Shown: positions 58,423 to 64,000 of the stretch, one piece after another | Position numbering within the stretch: the first letter of the stretch is position 1 | Layout: each line of letters starts with the position of its first letter | Origin: Bdellovibrionota bacterium | GTDB lineage: Bacteria; Bdellovibrionota_C; UBA2361; CAKMMH01 | Direction: 5' to 3' | Assembly: GCA_050952645.1 (NCBI GenBank) | Contig: JBMNLI010000014.1 | Span: 10,300 to 74,299 of the forward strand | Length of the DNA stretch: 64,000 nucleotides | The notes under the pieces: model-generated | The model's input: only the letters and a program-made list of their open reading frames with translations | The model's database searches: none | What the model was told of the DNA's origin: nothing | Program-made: the position numbers and the translations under genes

Positions 58423-58509
58423 TGGACATCTTTTACAGTGAATCCTAGCAAAAAAACTTTAAACAAAGCTTTAAATATTTTCCATAGGGTTTACTGTAAA
58501 AGGTGTCTA
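58423..58509 (+). promoter_or_regulatory. 25-bp RNA hairpin in the nrdD leader
   Basis: TGGACATCTTTTACAGTGAATCCTA pairs fully with TAGGGTTTACTGTAAAAGGTGTCTA; all four non-Watson-Crick positions are G-U on the + strand. Confidence 0.75.
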
Positions 58510-58553
58510 GAAAAACAAATTCTTTTTATTAAGTATTAGGAGGTTATATCATT

Positions 58554-61349
58554 ATGTTCGCAGGAAATAATTTAGCAGGAAATAGTGCTGTTGAAACGAA
58601 TTTCGCTCTAAGGAATGATTTTGACGGATTTAAAAAGAGAAATGGAATGATCGTAAAGTTCGACATTTCTAAAATTAAAAATGCCGTGCTAAAAGCATTC
58701 GAGGAAGTCCAATATAAAAATCAAATAAATTTTTCTAAAGATGCCCCTGAGGTTATAGCGATGAAAGTTTTAGAAGAATTAAATAATGAAAATGGGATAT
58801 ATTACGTTCATGAAAATGAGAATAAAAAAAGAATCCCTCGCATTGAAGATGTTCAAGATTTAGTAGAGGTGGTTTTAGCTAAAGAGGGGTATTTAGAGGT
58901 TTTAACGTCGTATAAGACTTATAGAAAGCAAAGAGAGATAGCAAGAAATAGAATAAAGGTGCTAAAAGATAGCTCCTCTCAAGATATTGACGTAACCGAC
59001 GCAACACTTTTGTTAGTAGATTCCCATTCGTCAAATATTACTCGTCCATGGGATAGAAAAAGGCTAGTAAATCAGCTTATAGAGGAAACGAACGTAGGCT
59101 CAGAGGTGGCAAATTCGATAGCTAAAGCCGTAGAGAATCAAATTATTACTGCTAAATTTTCTTCTGTAAGCTCCTCTTTAATAAGAGAGTTAGTAAATAA
59201 TGAGTTAGCAATGAGAGGCTACCACGACCAACTTAGAGACTTATCTTCTTATGCATTAAGTAAAAAGTTTATCGAGCAGTTGATATTTAACAAATCGGTA
59301 GAAAATAGCAATGTTGGGTCTAACAACCCAGAGGCTGTAAACTTAGGCATTGCAGAGTTAGTGTTAAAACAATGGGCATTAGACTCTATGTTTTCCCCCG
59401 AGGTAAAAAGGGCGCACGACACCGGGGCTATCCACTTACACGACTTAGGATATCCGCATAGAGTTTATTGTTCATCTCACAGTATAGAGTATATTAAAAA
59501 ATATGGATTAAAAGGCTTGTTAAATTTACACACTGAGTCTAGTCCTGCTAAGAGTGCTTCAGTTTTAACGGGACATTTAAACACGTTCTTAGCTTCGATG
59601 CAAGCTAACTATGCTGGTGCTTTAGGTATCGCTTATATAAATATTCTTTACGCTCCATTATTAGAGGGAAGAGATAAAAAGTATTATAAACAAACTGCTC
59701 AAGAGCTAGTTTTCAACGGTTCTCAAAATGCGTTTTCAAGGGGCGGTCAAACGCTATTTTTAGACTTTAATGTTCATACTGGCATTCCTGAGTATATGAA
59801 AAAAGTTCCTGCTATTGGAGCTGGTGGAAAGTATATGTTGATGCTTTCAGATGGCGCAAAGGTATTCTTAAAAGAAGAGTTAAGAGAAGATAAAGATGCT
59901 GGTGGAAATAGGTTAATGGATCTTTATTATGAAGATGAAACGGGCGAAAGAAGATTAGTTTTAAGAGAACTTGCAGACCAACAAAAAGGCATGATTTACG
60001 ATGAGACCGTTATAGAGGAGCTTAAAAAACGAGGAGAAAAGATAGTAACTTATGGAGATTATGAAAAAGAGGCTAAAGAATTTGCTTTCGCTTTATTAGA
60101 AGTGTTTGGTGAAGGTGATAGCAACGGAAAGATATTCGAGTTTCCAAAATGTGATTTCCATGTAAGCGAAGAAACGTTTACAGACCCTGAGCAATATGAA
60201 GTGTTTTTATATGCTTGTGAGATAGCAAGTAAAAATGGTTCAGTTTACTTTATTTTCGATAGAGACGCAGTGACGCTTTCAGCTTGTTGTAGATTAAGAA
60301 CGACGATAACCGACAATAGAATGCTTTTTCATCCTGAATCTATGAGATTTTGTGGCTTCCAAAATATTACTATAAATATTCCTCAAGCTGCTTACAGAGC
60401 TGCAAAGAAGGGAGAAGCAACCTTAGAGGGTTTATATAAAGAGGTTGATGCGATGATGGAACTCTGTGCAAAAGCTCATTTAGAAAAGAAGATGAAAATA
60501 AAAGATATGATGAGTGAGCAAGGTGGCCCTTTATACCAAGTAGGCAAGCTTGCTTGCGATGGCAAACCTTATATAGAGCTCGACAAATGCACTTATATTA
60601 TAGGTATTATCGGCGTTAATGATGCAGTTAAATTCTTAACTGGCAAGGAGCTTCATGAGTCTGATGAGGCTATGGATTTTGGATTAAAACTCTTAGCTAA
60701 GATGTATTTAAAGAGTAAAGAGTTAGGAGAAAGACATAATTTAAAATTCAGCATCGAAGAAACGCCTGCAGAGAGTGCTTCGAGACGTTTAGCGATGACC
60801 GATTTAGTGTATTTTAATAAGGAAGCTAAATCGACGGTAAAGGGAGATTGTGAAGACGTTGCATATTACACGAACTCTATTCATATCGCTCCTGAGGCGC
60901 CAGTTTCATTAGTAGAGCGTATTAGAAAGCAGAGCATGTATCATAGTATGATTGAGTCAGGGGCTATTATTCATGCGTTTGTTGGTGAAGAAAAGCCATC
61001 ACCTGAGGCGATTAGAAAGTTAATAAAGGATACATTTTTTAAGACACAAGCGGCTCAATTGACCATCTCGCCAGAGTTTACTGATTGTTTAGACTGTCAT
61101 AAAATGACTAGAGGGTTAAATGAAAAATGTCCAAAATGTGGCTCAACAAACGTTGTAGGAGAAACTAGAGTAGTTGGATATTTTTCTAAGATACAAAACT
61201 GGAACAAGTCGAAACGCTTTGGAGAGTTAATAGATAGGCAAAGAGGCTCTTATTCTATAGAGAAAGCGGACGATGTCGTTTTGCGTGATGATATAGACTG
61301 TAGTTCTTGTAAGGGAGAAGAGATATCTTCTAGTGCTTTCTTACAATAA
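58554..61349 (+). CDS. nrdD: Anaerobic (class III) ribonucleoside-triphosphate reductase
   Basis: ATP cone (KKRNG..VKFD..KI), IHLHDL, SACCRL, ETPAES, YYTNS, CLDC/CPKC, glycyl-radical RVVGY. Confidence 0.96.
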   Translation: MFAGNNLAGNSAVETNFALRNDFDGFKKRNGMIVKFDISKIKNAVLKAFEEVQYKNQINFSKDAPEVIAMKVLEELNNENGIYYVHENENKKRIPRIEDVQDLVEVVLAKEGYLEVLTSYKTYRKQREIARNRIKVLKDSSSQDIDVTDATLLLVDSHSSNITRPWDRKRLVNQLIEETNVGSEVANSIAKAVENQIITAKFSSVSSSLIRELVNNELAMRGYHDQLRDLSSYALSKKFIEQLIFNKSVENSNVGSNNPEAVNLGIAELVLKQWALDSMFSPEVKRAHDTGAIHLHDLGYPHRVYCSSHSIEYIKKYGLKGLLNLHTESSPAKSASVLTGHLNTFLASMQANYAGALGIAYINILYAPLLEGRDKKYYKQTAQELVFNGSQNAFSRGGQTLFLDFNVHTGIPEYMKKVPAIGAGGKYMLMLSDGAKVFLKEELREDKDAGGNRLMDLYYEDETGERRLVLRELADQQKGMIYDETVIEELKKRGEKIVTYGDYEKEAKEFAFALLEVFGEGDSNGKIFEFPKCDFHVSEETFTDPEQYEVFLYACEIASKNGSVYFIFDRDAVTLSACCRLRTTITDNRMLFHPESMRFCGFQNITINIPQAAYRAAKKGEATLEGLYKEVDAMMELCAKAHLEKKMKIKDMMSEQGGPLYQVGKLACDGKPYIELDKCTYIIGIIGVNDAVKFLTGKELHESDEAMDFGLKLLAKMYLKSKELGERHNLKFSIEETPAESASRRLAMTDLVYFNKEAKSTVKGDCEDVAYYTNSIHIAPEAPVSLVERIRKQSMYHSMIESGAIIHAFVGEEKPSPEAIRKLIKDTFFKTQAAQLTISPEFTDCLDCHKMTRGLNEKCPKCGSTNVVGETRVVGYFSKIQNWNKSKRFGELIDRQRGSYSIEKADDVVLRDDIDCSSCKGEEISSSAFLQ

Positions 61350-61385
61350 AAAATTAAGATTAAAAAATTTTAAATTAAAAAGTTA

Positions 61386-61417
61386 AGTGGATATGTTTTT
61401 TAGAAAATATATCCACT
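61386..61417 (+). other. Intercistronic hairpin after nrdD
   Basis: AGTGGATATGTTTT / AAAATATATCCACT; no U-tract. Confidence 0.65.
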
Positions 61418-61477
61418 CTATCTTAATAGCTAAAATATAAAGAATTATATAAAGGTATATATATTTAGGAGTAAAAA

Positions 61478-61861
61478 ATGACGAAGCAGTATAGAATTAA
61501 AGTGTATGGGAAGAGAGGGTGTGATAAGTGTGGTGTTTTAAAGTCTAGACTAGCAAAGCTTTTAGAAAATGAGAAATGGCAAGACTTTGAAATGATAGAC
61601 TATGATATTTTAACTGAAGATGGCTTAGTAGCGTTCGTAAAAGAGGAAGTGTTAAATCCTCAAAGAATTCCTTGTTTTTTAGTTCAAAAGAAAAATGAAA
61701 AAGGCGATTACATAAATATGATAAACCCTGCTTGGAAAAATAATAAGTCTGAAGCTTTCGAGCCTTTTAAATTTTTAGGAATGGAAACGGATTATTCTCC
61801 AAAGGGAAATGGCGTAATAATTCCAAAACAAATAGATGCTATTTTAGCGCAAGCAAGATAG
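61478..61861 (+). CDS. Thioredoxin/glutaredoxin-like (NrdH-like) protein
   Basis: IKVYGKRGCDKC CxxC after a beta strand; RIP cis-Pro motif; between nrdD and nrdG. Confidence 0.8.
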   Translation: MTKQYRIKVYGKRGCDKCGVLKSRLAKLLENEKWQDFEMIDYDILTEDGLVAFVKEEVLNPQRIPCFLVQKKNEKGDYINMINPAWKNNKSEAFEPFKFLGMETDYSPKGNGVIIPKQIDAILAQAR

Positions 61862-61870
61862 TATGTTTTT

Positions 61871-61895
61871 TTTAAGATCTCAAAATTAGCATCAC
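61871..61895 (-). mobile_element. MITE core remnant
   Basis: Reverse complement GTGATGCTAATTTTGAGATCTTAAA, nearly identical to 33072-33097. Confidence 0.5.
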
Positions 61896-61959
61896 TTTTT
61901 TAAAACAAAAAAGTGTCTAGTTTAATTTAACAATCAGCTTTTTAAAAGATTATATAGTT

Positions 61960-62664
61960 ATGGTTTCTTTAGAGAAGAAAACTCCATTGTATAGTTATAT
62001 GAAAAATCCCTCTCTTATAGATTTTCCAGGGAATATGGCACTTATTTTTTTTGTAAATGTTTGCAATTTTAGGTGTCGTTTTTGTCACAATAGATCTCTT
62101 TTAGATAAGACTTTAGATACTTTTACTTATGAGTATTTAAATGAAGTTTTAGATAAGTATAAAGACAATTGGGTTGAAGCCGTCGTTATTAGTGGGGGGG
62201 AGCCTTGCACGCATAGCGATATATTTGAGTTAGTGGAGTTTATTTATAAAAAGGATTTTAAAATTAAATTAGATACTAATGGTTCATTTCCTGAAAGGTT
62301 AAGGGAGGTATTGCCACTAGTCGATTACGTAGCGATGGATTTAAAAGCATCGTTAGAGAATTATGAAAAGTTAGTAAAGTTTAATAATACTAAAAAAATT
62401 TTAGAGTCTATAGAAATTTTAAAACAAAGTGGGAAACCTTTTGAGTTAAGGACTACAATTTTAGAAGATTTTCATACGATCGAAGAGATAGATAAGATGC
62501 TCCCACTTTTAAAAGACATTCCTGAGTATTATTTGCAAGCTTTTATCCCAAGGAAGGAAGTTTTAGACCCAGAGCTAAGAGATGCAAAGAGAACCTCTCT
62601 TACTTATCTAGAAAAGTTAGAAGACCATTTAAAGAAAGCTAATGTAAATGTTAAGATAAGATAG
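61960..62664 (+). CDS. nrdG: Class III RNR activating radical-SAM enzyme
   Basis: SLIDFPG, CNFRCRFCHN, SGGEP, KLDTNG, AMDLK, ELRTT. Confidence 0.93.
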   Translation: MVSLEKKTPLYSYMKNPSLIDFPGNMALIFFVNVCNFRCRFCHNRSLLDKTLDTFTYEYLNEVLDKYKDNWVEAVVISGGEPCTHSDIFELVEFIYKKDFKIKLDTNGSFPERLREVLPLVDYVAMDLKASLENYEKLVKFNNTKKILESIEILKQSGKPFELRTTILEDFHTIEEIDKMLPLLKDIPEYYLQAFIPRKEVLDPELRDAKRTSLTYLEKLEDHLKKANVNVKIR

Positions 62665-62933
62665 ATAAAAAATAAAAGTTTAAAGTTTTAAAAATTTTTT
62701 TCATTAGTATATTTTGCTAAAAAATTAAAATTTTAAGAAGATTTGTAAAATTTCATATCTAAATATCACTAAAATATCGTAAAAATAGGCTTTTTAGGCT
62801 AAAAAATCATAAATTTAGAAAACTAAACCCTACATTTTAGCATCAAAATATTTGAAGTATTGTTTTTAGGCTTTTAAAAAAATCTTTAGTTAATTAAATT
62901 TTAACTTAATGATAGAGGTATAATTTTTTATTT

Positions 62934-64000
62934 ATGAGTTTTCTAAAAAAGAAATATCAAAAACGAGAAATACGCTATAAAACTATATATATATTTAAAA
63001 ATCCTTTAAAAATTATAAAAAAATTTCCTAAATTTTTTTCCTATCTTTTCTTTAATCTATTCTTACTTTTATTTTCTGGAGTATTTTTTACTAAGCCCTG
63101 TTTTGCATTCGAGCCTATATTAGATAGCATTAAGCAGGTAGCGAGTAATGGGAACATTACTTGCGCTATTTCCGCAAGTGGAGAGCTTTGGTGCTGGGGA
63201 GTGAGCGAGTTCCTAAACGTGGAAGCTAAACTAGGAAGCTACGTCCCAGTGCCACAAAAAATTACAGAGCTTACGGATGTCAGTTCAGTTAGTATTGGAA
63301 GAAACCATATATGCGCCATTTCTAATAATAAACTTTATTGCTGGGGAAGAAATAGCAATGGACAATTAGGAGTTGAAAATACAGACATCACTACCACTCC
63401 GCAATTAATACTTTCTGAGTTTAATATAAGTAAGGTCGTTGCAGAACACGATAACACCTGTGCTATAACTACAACTGGCGTGCTTTATTGTTGGGGAAAT
63501 AATGAATATGGAAGTGTGGGAAATAATAGTCTTTCGCGATCTGTGCTTTTACCTACTCAAATTTTAACTAATGTAAGTTATGTATCTTTATCTAGCGCAT
63601 CTGCACGTGTTGCGTGTGCTATAAAAACTAATGGAGAACTTTGGTGTTGGGGCGGAAATGCCCAAGGGCAAGTAGGAATTGGCAGTTTAAACGATGTAGT
63701 GCGTTTACCACAAAAAGTGCTTGAAGCCGTTAGTAATGTTAGCTTAAGGTCTTATAATGCTTGTGCTATAAAAATAAATGGGGAACTTTTTTGTTGGGGA
63801 GATAATCAATATACTTATAAACCGATCGCATCAGAAGCGACTAGTAAAGTTTTAACACCACTTAAAATTTTAGATAATACAAAACAAGTTTCAATGGGGC
63901 GCTATCATATATGTGCTATAACTAATAGCGATGAGCTTTACTGTAGAGGAGCAAATAATTATGGACAAATAGGAAAAGGTGCTAGCACATCGAGTTTAAT
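62934..64000 (+). CDS. Exported RCC1/BLIP-II repeat beta-propeller protein (runs off the window end)
   Basis: Not in the ORF track; open from ATG 62934; hydrophobic segment, then repeated TCAI..GELWCWG.N..GQ(L/V)G units. Confidence 0.88.
   Translation, partial: MSFLKKKYQKREIRYKTIYIFKNPLKIIKKFPKFFSYLFFNLFLLLFSGVFFTKPCFAFEPILDSIKQVASNGNITCAISASGELWCWGVSEFLNVEAKLGSYVPVPQKITELTDVSSVSIGRNHICAISNNKLYCWGRNSNGQLGVENTDITTTPQLILSEFNISKVVAEHDNTCAITTTGVLYCWGNNEYGSVGNNSLSRSVLLPTQILTNVSYVSLSSASARVACAIKTNGELWCWGGNAQGQVGIGSLNDVVRLPQKVLEAVSNVSLRSYNACAIKINGELFCWGDNQYTYKPIASEATSKVLTPLKILDNTKQVSMGRYHICAITNSDELYCRGANNYGQIGKGASTSSL

Noticed and set aside
59835..60047. Intein or intron in nrdD
   Set aside because: In-frame and short, with no N-terminal C/S or C-terminal HN-C/S/T motif and no endonuclease motif.

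Overview
AT-rich bacterial chromosomal window (genetic code 11; GC roughly 30% by eye, not computed). The gene content fits an anaerobic diderm of deltaproteobacterial/Bdellovibrionota-like affinity, which is an inference. Housekeeping genes include pcnB, rnhA, fabV, nth, kdsD, rpoN, hpf, smc, ftsY, rpmB, PBP1A, lspA, ogg and nrdD/nrdG. A type II secretion system is split into gspGHIJ and gspCDEF, and there are several envelope/glycosylation genes. No rRNA, tRNA, CRISPR array, transposase or prophage gene was recognised. Main observations: (1) a flagellin with seven FG-GAP/VCBS repeats, a probable Ca-binding 7-bladed beta-propeller, replacing its variable region, preceded by a frameshift-hidden ~110 aa protein with a T3SS needle/pilin-like C-terminus and a signal-less orphan, together a candidate type-III-exported adhesive filament module; (2) an unannotated ~100-145 bp MITE family with ISL3-like termini, two copies with perfect 8-bp target-site duplications, one rewriting the end of nth; (3) a CntK-like racemase plus VanX-like dipeptidase pair wedged between rpoN and hpf; (4) an 1106 aa poly-Ser/Cys-rich protein; (5) a DEAD-box protein with decayed catalytic motifs; (6) an NrdR-regulated class III RNR operon with an embedded CxxC redoxin and a 25-bp G-U-containing leader hairpin. 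Eight homopolymer frameshifts in two clusters are probably sequencing or assembly errors.
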